Source: Fibrobacteria bacterium (lineage in GTDB: Bacteria > Fibrobacterota > Fibrobacteria > UBA11236). From it: DNA of 35,240 bases. Shown here one piece after another: positions 19,301 through 26,686 of this stretch; position 1 is the first letter of the stretch; each line of letters begins with the position of its first letter. Made by a program: the position numbers and the translations under genes. A model generated the notes under the pieces. It had not been told where the DNA came from, did no database searches, and was given only the letters and a program-made list of their open reading frames with translations. The stretch covers positions 1 to 35,240 of the forward strand of contig JBGTHM010000128.1 in assembly GCA_041746255.1 (NCBI GenBank), read 5' to 3'.

Positions 19301-20210
19301 CCCATCGCTCATCAAAGGTTTGAATCATTGGAACCCGCAAACAGCCTCGTATACCTATCCCGACTCATTGGAACCCTGGAGAGGTTATTTCGTGTATAGC
19401 TATGCCACCGCTGACACGACGGTAAGACTGCTTGCGCGCCCGCCCGACAAGCCCATCTTATTGAAGAAAGAAAGCGCGGCCAATCGAGTGGAACTCCGAG
19501 TGCAACTTGAGCAGGAAACCCCCATTTGGCTTGGCGCAGCCCCCTTCGCAGACGATGGCCTGGGCATCGAGGATGAATTCAGCCTTCCCAAACGAAGTGG
19601 CGCCACTTCCGCCTGGGCCGTTCGAGGTTCCACCGCCTTGCAAACCGATATGGTCCATTTCGCTCCAGGGGAATTGCTGCGATGGCGGATCGTCCTCGCC
19701 GGTAAAGCCACTGGCGACTCCCTTCCGGCTATTCGCATCACCAAGGCCATACTCCCGGGGGGATATGAAGCTTGGGCCTTCTCCCGCTCCCGAAACATGA
19801 AATTCCCCTTACCCGACGGGGCAACCGTTAGCCTCTCCGGGTTATCCCGAGATACCTTGGAAATCCTTGCGGGCCCTGCTGCCAAAATGGCGGGAATCGC
19901 CGATTTCCGCAACCTGACCCGATTGGAAAAGCTCAATTTGAGCGCTATTCCTATGGACGGTGATTTCCAGGTTAGCCTGCAAATTCCGGGTTTATCACGC
20001 ATACGCTTAAGTGTGTGGAACCTGCAGGGACAACGATTGGGAGAACTGAATCCCGGAAGGCTGGCCGAGGGTCGCTATCGATTCACCTTTTCCCAGGATT
20101 TTGGCCATAAAGGCCGGAATCGGCTTTCATCGGGTATGTACTTCCTCTTAGCGGAAATTAGGGATGATAAAGAATCCCACAGGTTGGTAAAACGACTGCC
20201 CATCCGTTAA
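13314..20210 (+). CDS. Giant secreted modular protein, paralog 3 (~2300 aa): FN3, 4x Big, Fn3-assoc, 3x Big, 2x FN3, Ig, 6x Fn3-assoc, shared C-terminal module with T9SS-like CTD
   Basis: ATG 13314 gives a signal peptide MRKEFWRWMVLLRIVIPIIAIA-Q (the ORF track starts at 13194). NxPPTVSLTSP...KVEFF...YSLTAKATDN repeats, FN3 'LTNGxxYxFAV' motifs and seven Y(T/A)(L/T)(D/N) domains. Tail LSVWNLQGQRL...LSSGMYFLL...LVKRL. Confidence 0.88.
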   Translation: MRKEFWRWMVLLRIVIPIIAIAQPGGAQPGQPINVNAVPGVQMATVSWEPTGSATSLQNFDLYYSEGEEKLDEGSLASYKKIGDITDWTQVVSSLEANQAYSFAVQAKLLLGGNLTLSPLSETVTATPLPPPNIPPTVSLTSPTAGQSFLAPANIALSANASDADGSVTKVEFFNGVTKIGEALAAPYNFAWNSVAPGAYSLTAKATDNQGATTTSAAVAITVTEPIPNQPPTVSLTSPTAGQSFLAPANISLSANANDADGSVTKVEFFNGATKIGEDLDAPYNFAWNSVAPGAYSLTAKATDNQGATTTSAAVAITVNAPNQPPTVSLTSPTAGQSFLAPANIALSANASDADGSVTKVEFFNGATKIGEDLDAPYNFAWNNVAAGAYSLTAKATDNQGAITTSAAVAITVNAPNQPPSVSLTSPTQGQAFLAPANISLTANASDVDGSVTKVEFFNGATKIGEKVGAPFSFGWNDVPAGAYSFTAKATDNQGATTTSTAVAITVTDPVIPPPAQPTATPIGGSYNNPQSVTLTTLTSGATIRYTLNGNDPTVSTGILYANPISISATTTLKAIAVKDGVASSILTQVYTINNPPTVTLTSPANGTIYRAPASITATATASDPDGPIAKVEFYFNNELKQTATASPYTYTLSDAAAGGYTIYAKAFDAQGHSATSASVTIIVNQPPTIFWVSPANNSTFTTADKISLSANASDVDGTIAKVSFFRGNIKVADVLQPASGSTYTYLWSLPPVGSHALRAVAYDNRGDSTLTLVRNITVNDSTNKAPTVSITKPANEAKFVAGAQITLESTASDPDGSIARVQYFYAGNTSIGQSIVGPAYPVTWNSVPAGTYALTARATDNGGGSGNSSIISISVTLPAPSGVKAAPGNNSATISWNAVAGATNYNLHYNAGVNVNSSAITFSNIQGTSYTVSGLTNGQQYAFAVSTEGPGGTSPRSAKVNATPNPQSPPAPPANLTATAQDATISLSWTASSGATKYTVYYAQGNTVTTTNSIKLQNITVTSSVIDGLTNGTNYTFAVTAHNVAGESDLSNSRTIAPVGNPPVLGDITPTQGTKFVGQNHQISVTTTGGTPPFTYRWTLNGTTIPGATSNVLSIQNAQLDDAGKYAVVVSNPYGNATKSSTLNVNQRKVALARATPEARSYTEPLTISVSTNTPSTVIHYTLDNSVPSPQSPKYDPAAKIILSGQTVVLKTRAFQTDYLDSDIFSATYTYVPPGQALAPRAEPVDSVFTGSLNVTLISETEGADIHYTLDGSVPTAASAKYSAPIEINRDTRIKAIAVKAGLLSSTVMEKSYTRFIPTVRALKPIADPTGLEFSDSILVRLTTQTSGAEILYALNDSTAQSANWPVYNPATGLTLKRSTQLRALARRVDLLLSDTLIEVYTQLPTTPTSLQPGDSIFAGTVEVDLLTSPVGASIHYTLDGSNPLTAERQPAPNSLLYNTEEPILINSSRILKAVSFLNGKASRGVLTNFYLKEGEPLPSPAANPSATSFGDTLRVLLRSAYESRIYYTLDGSIPTTASTEYTGAPVKISESVILQAIAVKSGFPNSKIMVERYTFIPPTPTATPAGGNFVDRVTVQLSGHAPGVEIRYTTDGRSPLAGNALVYNSAEGITLTTTSTLMAYTASGGQASEVLTENYYITGASDTLLLAGETMSLPGGYSLASPINSQSDVSVQLVGGESVSVAGFSDRRFGMQIAVTDPSMSFPHLHFSGPPGSNHALYRRQSDGRVQFISSSDSGLITEAGLYVLAIDIVPPQIVVLDKSFDANDSTRIRIQILDNVSNLSYSIKRNDDTVTLVENLPISSQDILEFMLKHPTGVFKPLLAQVIVTDHHNQQFFPPNPTARYGVPQKLRNVKSPSVFRIAQPQAASDWDLIGFPFKANPAITTSQLQESHSGTRFSASDWNAKLGPHEGMKPGKGFWLNSSKAVNILQFPQLETADFVTDSITVKLSPGWNTISSPYLETLYWPHSREFPDQYGPSLIKGLNHWNPQTASYTYPDSLEPWRGYFVYSYATADTTVRLLARPPDKPILLKKESAANRVELRVQLEQETPIWLGAAPFADDGLGIEDEFSLPKRSGATSAWAVRGSTALQTDMVHFAPGELLRWRIVLAGKATGDSLPAIRITKAILPGGYEAWAFSRSRNMKFPLPDGATVSLSGLSRDTLEILAGPAAKMAGIADFRNLTRLEKLNLSAIPMDGDFQVSLQIPGLSRIRLSVWNLQGQRLGELNPGRLAEGRYRFTFSQDFGHKGRNRLSSGMYFLLAEIRDDKESHRLVKRLPIR
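13710..14837 (+). repeat. Four tandem intragenic repeats encoding bacterial Ig-like domains (period 288/282/282 bp)
   Basis: Units start at 13710, 13998, 14280 and 14562. Units 2 and 3 differ at about 21 of 282 nt by manual alignment, mostly synonymously. Confidence 0.95.
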
Positions 20211-20319
20211 CCCGTTCCACTTTCATTCCGGTAAACCCGCAACTGTCGCTTGCATCCAAACCGGAAATCGGGTTAAATTAAATCCAGACAAGTCCGCACG
20301 GAAAAAGGAAGTCGCCTTC

Positions 20320-22158
20320 ATGAAGGGAAAGCCGGGCCCCCAAGGGCCTATTGCGTTTTTTTGTTTGATCTGGATATCCTCCCTATCCCTCCTGCAGGCG
20401 CAGGATAGGGATATCCGCCGGGCGGAGGGATATCTGAAAAAACACCTACGTAGTCTGGAAAAAGAATATGACCTCCCGAAATGGGATAAACGCCTGCAAC
20501 GGGCCCACCAAACCCATGCCAAGCTCGCCGAACAGGCAGAAGACAAAAAAAGTCTCTCTCCCTCCTTCCATTCCAAATTGAAAAATTTCGAAACGGAAAT
20601 CTCCCAACTGGGGAGTTCCAGCCTGGCTTTCAATACCTATCTGAATCAGTTGAATATCTCGAATCTAGGAAGCCGCGTCGACGCCGATTTCAAGCGGGAC
20701 GGTCGAAGTTTTCCTCTGGAGAAGCGGTTGGAATTCCAACATAAAATCCGTCCCGGAACTTTGGATAAAATGAAGGATGTGCGTTTTTTCCAAATGCGTT
20801 TTGCTACCCTCCAAACGGATTTCACCCGGCTCAAAGCCGAGTGGATGTTCGCATATAGCGTGGATTTCCTCTCAAAACACGTCCAATCCCTGCTCAATAG
20901 TCACCGCTTCCATGAAAGCGAAGCGCTCTTCGATGACTTATCCCTGCAACTTTCCTATTGGAGCCAAGCCTCGACCGGCGACGCATCTCAAGCGCAGAAG
21001 CGCATCGAAGAACTATACCGGACTTATGAGGCCCGTAAATCGGCGGTTTTGGGTAGCCTGCATAACCTGCTCGAAGTCCTGCATACCGACATGCTGTTCA
21101 GCGACTTGCTCGCCCGGGCCAGCGAAGACGGGGTGGAATTCACCCTCAGTGTCGAAGAACGCATAGAATCGTCGCTCAAAGCACAGGCCGTAGCGCACTT
21201 GATGCCTATTCGGCAACGTATAGACGGATGGCGAAGACTGGAGGATAACATGCGGGACGGTCTGGCTCAAGTAGCCCGGATGCGCGAAAGCCAAAGGGAA
21301 CAGCTCGTGGCAGAAGAACAGCTCCGTCGCATGGAGGAAGCGCGGATGACCGCCCTTCGGGCGGAACAGGAAAGAGTCGAACGCGAACGCAAACAACGCT
21401 TGGAAAGCGCTTTGAGCGCATTAAGCAGTTTTGATCTCAAAGCCGGATCCGATATTCAGCTAGACCAGGACGCCCAGGTGGCTTTAAACCGGAAAAACCC
21501 CCAACGGCTGACATCCACCACCCACGTGGGTTCCGCACAAAAACAGCTGCATGTTCCCAAACAGGCGTTTTCCGATTCGCTGACCCAAGTAGAAAAATTC
21601 GTGGTGGAAGAATCCCGCATGAACTTGTCCAACTTGACCCTGGACGAACGCTCCGCCCATAGCCTTTACGTCTATACCTCACCGGAGGGACGGACTACCC
21701 CGAAAGACCTGAACCAATTCGTACAGGATATCGCCCTCACTTCCTTTGGCGCCGACCCGAATTTCATCACTTATCGTACTCCAGCCGAATGGTCTCCCGG
21801 TACGCGTATCCGCTGGTCTCCCGATCGGCACGATCCCAAAGCGGTCAAGGATCGCGAATTCAGCTTCGTAGGACTGGTTGTCGACGCGCATAGGAAGCGA
21901 AGCGACAACTCCAAGGATGCCCATGTTGCCAATACCGTAAATCTGACGCCGAATATGCTGATCATTTTCGGCCCGCAGGGGCAGGTAATCCGCTACCAGA
22001 CGTTTTCAGACATCAACTCGCTGGTTATATCGCGCGGCGATTTACGGGAGGGAAAGCTTCACTACAAGTTTTTAAACTACTCCGCCGACCGCAGTCGGAT
22101 TTACCTCAACGGCATCGACCATGAGGTAAAAGTCAGCCATCCCAACGGTAAATCTTGA
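20320..22158 (+). CDS. Secreted hypothetical protein with helical/coiled-coil N-terminal half and globular C-terminal domain
   Basis: Signal-peptide-like IAFFCLIWISSLSLLQA-QD and an E/R/Q-rich heptad stretch (MRESQREQLVAEEQLRRMEEARMTALRAEQERVERERKQRLE). Possible TTGCAT-N18-TAAATT promoter at 20250-20279. Confidence 0.7.
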   Translation: MKGKPGPQGPIAFFCLIWISSLSLLQAQDRDIRRAEGYLKKHLRSLEKEYDLPKWDKRLQRAHQTHAKLAEQAEDKKSLSPSFHSKLKNFETEISQLGSSSLAFNTYLNQLNISNLGSRVDADFKRDGRSFPLEKRLEFQHKIRPGTLDKMKDVRFFQMRFATLQTDFTRLKAEWMFAYSVDFLSKHVQSLLNSHRFHESEALFDDLSLQLSYWSQASTGDASQAQKRIEELYRTYEARKSAVLGSLHNLLEVLHTDMLFSDLLARASEDGVEFTLSVEERIESSLKAQAVAHLMPIRQRIDGWRRLEDNMRDGLAQVARMRESQREQLVAEEQLRRMEEARMTALRAEQERVERERKQRLESALSALSSFDLKAGSDIQLDQDAQVALNRKNPQRLTSTTHVGSAQKQLHVPKQAFSDSLTQVEKFVVEESRMNLSNLTLDERSAHSLYVYTSPEGRTTPKDLNQFVQDIALTSFGADPNFITYRTPAEWSPGTRIRWSPDRHDPKAVKDREFSFVGLVVDAHRKRSDNSKDAHVANTVNLTPNMLIIFGPQGQVIRYQTFSDINSLVISRGDLREGKLHYKFLNYSADRSRIYLNGIDHEVKVSHPNGKS

Positions 22159-22167
22159 GCGCTGCGA

Positions 22168-22995
22168 TTAGAGCAACCGCCGCCTGAACCGTAATGCTCC
22201 GGCCACCAGCGCCAACAAAATCCACAGGCCGATATTGGCCACGGCTACCCAGGTTGCCGGCCGGAAATAGAAATCCTGGACCAGACCCAGGGCGAAGGCA
22301 TGCAGGCCTCCGAATTGCGGTAGGAATTGGGGCCAGCTCCAGGCGGTTTGTAAACTCTCACGCAGCGTGGCGCCATAATAATACCAAAGGTTGGATGCAT
22401 AGCTGAAGGGGAGCAAGGCGATGCAAATGAAAAATACCGTCACGTTTCCTAAAAATTGCCGCAGCCAGAAAAAAAGGCTTACCAAAGCCGCGAGCCCCAA
22501 GCATTGGGGCGCCACCAACCAGAGCAAACCGTAAAGATTGACCCCCGAATACCAGTAAAGCGCTACCCAAAAAAGAGATACGCTGATTACAGAGAAGAAA
22601 AATACGGCGGCGAGGGCGCCTCCCATTTTGCCGAAATAAAAGACCGAGCGGCTGACCGGCCGGGCCAGCAGCAGTAAATCGTTGCCCCGCAAATAGCCCG
22701 TCCCCGTCCTTTCGACGCAAACAGCAAGACCGTATAAAGTGGTTAAAAAGGTAAGCATGGAGTAACCCACGCCGAGGAAATAAACCAGCCTCACCTGATG
22801 GCTCAGCGCTTGGCCGTTAAGAACGAAATCGCCCGAAAAAAGTCCTTTCACTCCCAAAAGAAAAAGGGTAAGCACCGCCAGGCCTACCCACAAGGCTGTT
22901 CCGCGCAACGCTTCCCCGGCTTCGAAACGGGCGATGCGAAAGCCCGCCGTCCAGGGAGAAACGCCGCCTATTCCGGAAGGTGAATTTTCTTTCAT
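22168..22995 (-). CDS. ABC-2 type transporter permease
   Basis: About six hydrophobic segments and the LLLARPVSRSVFYFGK motif typical of ABC-2 permeases. Directly downstream of an ABC ATPase. Confidence 0.85.
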   Translation of the reverse strand: MKENSPSGIGGVSPWTAGFRIARFEAGEALRGTALWVGLAVLTLFLLGVKGLFSGDFVLNGQALSHQVRLVYFLGVGYSMLTFLTTLYGLAVCVERTGTGYLRGNDLLLLARPVSRSVFYFGKMGGALAAVFFFSVISVSLFWVALYWYSGVNLYGLLWLVAPQCLGLAALVSLFFWLRQFLGNVTVFFICIALLPFSYASNLWYYYGATLRESLQTAWSWPQFLPQFGGLHAFALGLVQDFYFRPATWVAVANIGLWILLALVAGALRFRRRLL

Positions 22996-23008
22996 GAAAT
23001 TGTGACGG

Positions 23009-23713
23009 TCAAGGGGTCAACTTTAAAAAATAATCTTCCAAAGCATCCAAATCGGCGAAAGCGTCGATGGAACTGGACCCGACCAGTTTGCCCTTGTGCA
23101 TGACGAAAACCAAGTCCGCCAGGGTGGGGATTTCGGCCAGACGATGGGTGGATAAAAGCACGGTTACCCCGGATTTTTTCAACTCCAGGATTTTACGCCG
23201 CAGCATGGCGATACCGGCGGGATCGAGGCCGTTATTCGGCTCGTCCAAAATCAGTAGCCGACGGGCATCGAGCATGGCCAGCGCCAAAGCCAAGCGCTGG
23301 CGCATGCCCTTTGAGAAAGCCCCGAGTCGCTTGCCGGCGAGTCCTTCGCCAAACTCTTGGAGATAGCCCGACGGATTCTGGTATGCCTGACTCTCTTCAC
23401 CCAGACAGAGCGAGGCGTGTACTCGAAGAAGGGAAAGGGCGCGGCTATTGGGAGGGAGCTCCACGCTTTCCTGCACATATCCGGTTCCGATACGCGCCTC
23501 GGCGGCCGACGTTTCGACTCCAAAGAGAAAAGCCTGGCCCGAAGTGGGAGGCCGCAGGCCGAGCAGCATGGAGATGAGCGAAGACTTGCCCGCGCCATTG
23601 GGTCCAATCAGGGCGGCGCATACACCGCGCGGTACTTCCAGGGAAATAGGCCCCACCTGCTCTCCGCGCGGGTAGCTTAACACCAATTGACGGCATTCGA
23701 GCGCGGCTTCCAC
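23009..23713 (-). CDS. ABC transporter ATP-binding protein (ABC-2/BcrA-like)
   Basis: Walker A GPNGAGKS, signature FSKGMRQR, Walker B LILDEPNNGLD and the H-loop STH. Confidence 0.95.
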   Translation of the reverse strand: MEAALECRQLVLSYPRGEQVGPISLEVPRGVCAALIGPNGAGKSSLISMLLGLRPPTSGQAFLFGVETSAAEARIGTGYVQESVELPPNSRALSLLRVHASLCLGEESQAYQNPSGYLQEFGEGLAGKRLGAFSKGMRQRLALALAMLDARRLLILDEPNNGLDPAGIAMLRRKILELKKSGVTVLLSTHRLAEIPTLADLVFVMHKGKLVGSSSIDAFADLDALEDYFLKLTP

Positions 23714-23714
23714 G

Positions 23715-24455
23715 TCAGAGCAGCCTCAGGCTCCGGCGCAATTCCACTTGCCCCAAATCGGTTCCCGCCTCGGAACGCCAGGGGAATGCGGGCCAGCGCA
23801 ACTCCCCCAATACCATTCCGGAAACCCCAAAGCGGTAGCTTCCAAGACCCACCAGGCTCCCCTCGTGGCGCAGCTTTTCCTCCACCACCCAAGTTTCCTC
23901 CAAGCCGCCACGGAACTTCAAAGTATCCAATCCCACTATCTCCCTATCGATGTTCAGAAGCCCCTCCGAGGCCACCCAACGGGCGCCCTCGAAGAGATGT
24001 GCGGGTAGGGAATGGAAGAAATCCACGTCGTCCTCCTGCCCCGACTTAAGGGCGAAGAGGCGGGTTCCGCCTGTGGCCTCCACTTCCCTATAGTTCAGTC
24101 CTTGCAAATCGGACCGAACCCATAGGGATTTTCCTTCCAGGATAACGCCTTTATCGGATTTTACCACTATGGAAAACAACGCATATTCCGTGCCGGTAAT
24201 CGAGGTGTCGCCCCGCCGGGTAAGTATGATCTCACGCTCAGGAAGTTTTAGCAGGGGTACTTTTTCGGACCCCCACAGGCTTTCCTCCACCCGGTATCGC
24301 ATTTCAGCCCCGGTGGTGGCCAAGGGTAAGACGCTAGATGGGGATGATGGCTTAGACGTGAAGGCGCTTGTCGCGAAAAAATCGCAACCACCCAAAAAAA
24401 GCACCATCGCCACGAGCGCGCCGAAACCTATCCCCATCCACCTTCTATCAGGCAT
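23715..24455 (-). CDS. Putative lipoprotein, first gene of the ABC operon
   Basis: Hydrophobic N-terminus with lipobox LGGC. AGAGGA SD before ATG 24455. Beta-rich mature region. Confidence 0.7.
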   Translation of the reverse strand: MPDRRWMGIGFGALVAMVLFLGGCDFFATSAFTSKPSSPSSVLPLATTGAEMRYRVEESLWGSEKVPLLKLPEREIILTRRGDTSITGTEYALFSIVVKSDKGVILEGKSLWVRSDLQGLNYREVEATGGTRLFALKSGQEDDVDFFHSLPAHLFEGARWVASEGLLNIDREIVGLDTLKFRGGLEETWVVEEKLRHEGSLVGLGSYRFGVSGMVLGELRWPAFPWRSEAGTDLGQVELRRSLRLL

Positions 24456-24546
24456 TAACATCCTCTTTCGACCCTTTCGGAAAGATACAAATCAAATACA
24501 AGGCTCTGAAAGCCGCTGCGATAAGCTGCTATATTATATCCGGATC

Positions 24547-25446
24547 ATGTCGCTGAAAACTTTTTTGTTGACCGTCTCCTTCGTGCTCGCGATCGGCATG
24601 ATCATTACGCTTTTGGTTTTTTGGAATCTTTACATCATAGGCGATTACCATACCATACGCGAATTGGGCAGCAATATGCCCGCGACCGGTCGCTGGACCG
24701 TCTTGACTCTCGGAATCGCCTTTTTCTCGGCCATCCTCGTCATCTTCTCGCTCTTTTTCGTGAATATCCTCCGTGGCTCGCGATTCAAGCAGCAACAGAA
24801 GGATTTCGTCAATATGATGACCCATGAACTGAAAATGCCCATGTCGTCCATCCAGATTTTCGCCCAAACCCTCAAGCAGCGGAAAGTTGCGGAACAGGAA
24901 AGGGAAAAATTTGTGGACTGCATTCTGGATGAATGTGGACGCATGAATTTTTTGGTCCACCAATTGCTGAAATCCCAGCAAATTGAAAAAGGGGAATTAC
25001 CCCTGGAAATGCGGCGCATGGAAATTACCGAAATGGCGCGGGAATTCGTGGACAATTGGCCGCGGCCGCTCGAATTCGTCGCGGGGCCGCAGGGATACGC
25101 CAATCTCGACCCGGTTTTGGTAGAGTTCGCACTCACCAACCTCGTCAATAATGCGGAAAAATACGGGCGGACCGGCATACCACGGCTGGCCGCGGCCGCG
25201 GAAAACGGTCATGTGAATATCAGTGTGCAGAACCAGGGCGAACCCATCCCCAAACAATTCCAGAAAAAAATCTTTCGGAAATTTTTCCGGATACCCAACC
25301 GGCAGACGCGTAAACAAAGCGGCGTCGGACTGGGCCTTTTCATCGTCAAAACCATTACCCGGGTCCATAAGGGACAGGTAAAGGTGACTGCCGCGGAATC
25401 GCCTCCCGGAACCCTTTTCACCTTAAGCTTTCCCCGCATCCCATGA
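24547..25446 (+). CDS. Membrane sensor histidine kinase (two TM helices, short loop, HisKA, HATPase)
   Basis: H-box MMTHELKMPM, N-box NLVNNAEKY, IFRKFFR and G2 GVGLGLFIV. Start set at ATG 24547 because the longer ORF from 24169 overlaps the divergent lipoprotein. Confidence 0.92.
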   Translation: MSLKTFLLTVSFVLAIGMIITLLVFWNLYIIGDYHTIRELGSNMPATGRWTVLTLGIAFFSAILVIFSLFFVNILRGSRFKQQQKDFVNMMTHELKMPMSSIQIFAQTLKQRKVAEQEREKFVDCILDECGRMNFLVHQLLKSQQIEKGELPLEMRRMEITEMAREFVDNWPRPLEFVAGPQGYANLDPVLVEFALTNLVNNAEKYGRTGIPRLAAAAENGHVNISVQNQGEPIPKQFQKKIFRKFFRIPNRQTRKQSGVGLGLFIVKTITRVHKGQVKVTAAESPPGTLFTLSFPRIP

Positions 25447-26138
25447 GCCGAATTCTACTCATCGAAGACGACGCCAACATGGCCTTGGCACTGGAATACA
25501 ACCTGGTTTCCGAGGGCTATACGGTAACCGTCTGTCGGGACGGGGAAAGCGGGCTTAAAGCGGCGCTGGAATCGGATTTCGACCTTCTCGTATTGGATTG
25601 GATGCTGCCGGAAATGGACGGCATCCAGCTTTTGAAAACCTTGCGTACCACCAACAACACCCTTCCCGTACTCCTGCTTACGGCCCGGGAGTCGAAGGAA
25701 GACGTGGTGGAAGGCTTGGACAGCGGAGCGGACGATTATCTCACCAAACCCTTCGATTTGAACGTGCTGCAGGCGCGCATCCGCTCCCTGCTTCGCAGCC
25801 GTTCCTGGGTAGCCCAGAAGGAGAAAACGGACGAAGCTCGCTTCGGTGATGTTTGGATCAATTTTCAAAACTTTGAAGCGCAAATCAACGGTCGCACGGT
25901 CCGGTTGAGTTATAAAGAGGCGATGATCATGAAGCTTTTCTGGGAAAAACGCAATCAGGTTATTTCCCGGGAAGAATTGCTCCAGAAAGTCTGGGGCATC
26001 CATGAGTACGTGCAAAGCCGCTCACTCGACAATTTTATCGTGCAATTGCGAAAGCGCTTCGAGAAAAACCCCAAGGCCCCCGAGCTCATTCTCTCCATCC
26101 ACGGCACCGGTTATAAATTCGTGGGTGGCGAAGATTAA
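25443..26138 (+). CDS. OmpR/PhoB-family response regulator
   Basis: ILLIEDD, LDWMLPEMDG, GADDYLTKPF and a winged-helix C-terminus (SREELLQKVWG...LRKRFE...IHGTGYKF). 4-bp overlap with the kinase. Confidence 0.95.
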   Translation: MSRILLIEDDANMALALEYNLVSEGYTVTVCRDGESGLKAALESDFDLLVLDWMLPEMDGIQLLKTLRTTNNTLPVLLLTARESKEDVVEGLDSGADDYLTKPFDLNVLQARIRSLLRSRSWVAQKEKTDEARFGDVWINFQNFEAQINGRTVRLSYKEAMIMKLFWEKRNQVISREELLQKVWGIHEYVQSRSLDNFIVQLRKRFEKNPKAPELILSIHGTGYKFVGGED

Positions 26139-26187
26139 CGTCGGTTCACTGGGAAATCGGAGAGGAGGCGAGTTAAAAGGGAAGTTT

Positions 26188-26366
26188 TGGAAACTCTGCC
26201 GACTTACCGATCATCGTTCTCGGACCTTGCCAGATTGAATTCGTTATGAGCCCCAACCGGTTCGAGTTTCCCCTGCGAGAGGGGCATACTCTGGTCGACC
26301 AGAAGTCCCATTTAATCTATTAAGGCTATTAAAGTCGAGACACATGATACGAGCGGCAGAGCTCAC
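26188..26366 (-). ncRNA. ssrS: 6S RNA
   Basis: About 175-nt element right after zapA. The ends pair (minus strand 5' gagctctgccg...cggcagagttt 3'; plus-strand arms 26194-26201 and 26354-26361), with further paired arms atcat/atgat and tctcg/cgaga around an AU-rich centre. zapA-ssrS linkage is well established. Confidence 0.85.
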
Positions 26367-26382
26367 TTTCAGGGTCTAGGGT

Positions 26383-26679
26383 TTAAACTACACGCATGGC
26401 CTTGTCGAGACTTTCGCTCAGGAGCCGGACCTTTTCCTCCAATTCCTGAGAATGCTTGTCATACTCCTCCAGCTTGGCCTGCAACTCGAACAATTCTCCC
26501 GAAACGTTGAGTCCGGCCAAAACCATCAAGCGGAATTTATCGGCCGTCATGGTGCCTTTGCCGATTTCCTTGACTTTAAAATCCAAATATCCCGCGATCC
26601 TTTCAATGATCTGGGGCGGTTGATCCGATTTGATCTGCAGGTTTTCCCCGCAAATGGTCACCTTGTAGGAATGCTGCAT
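26383..26679 (-). CDS. zapA: Cell division protein ZapA
   Basis: KVTICGENLQIK...IAGYLDFKVKEI...VLAGLNVSGELF followed by a coiled coil. Lies between zapB and 6S RNA. Confidence 0.9.
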   Translation of the reverse strand: MQHSYKVTICGENLQIKSDQPPQIIERIAGYLDFKVKEIGKGTMTADKFRLMVLAGLNVSGELFELQAKLEEYDKHSQELEEKVRLLSESLDKAMRVV

Positions 26680-26686
26680 AACCGAT

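Noticed and set aside
24169..24546. 126-aa N-terminal extension of the histidine kinase in the ORF track
   Set aside because: It overlaps the divergent lipoprotein gene on the other strand. The kinase TM region begins at ATG 24547.
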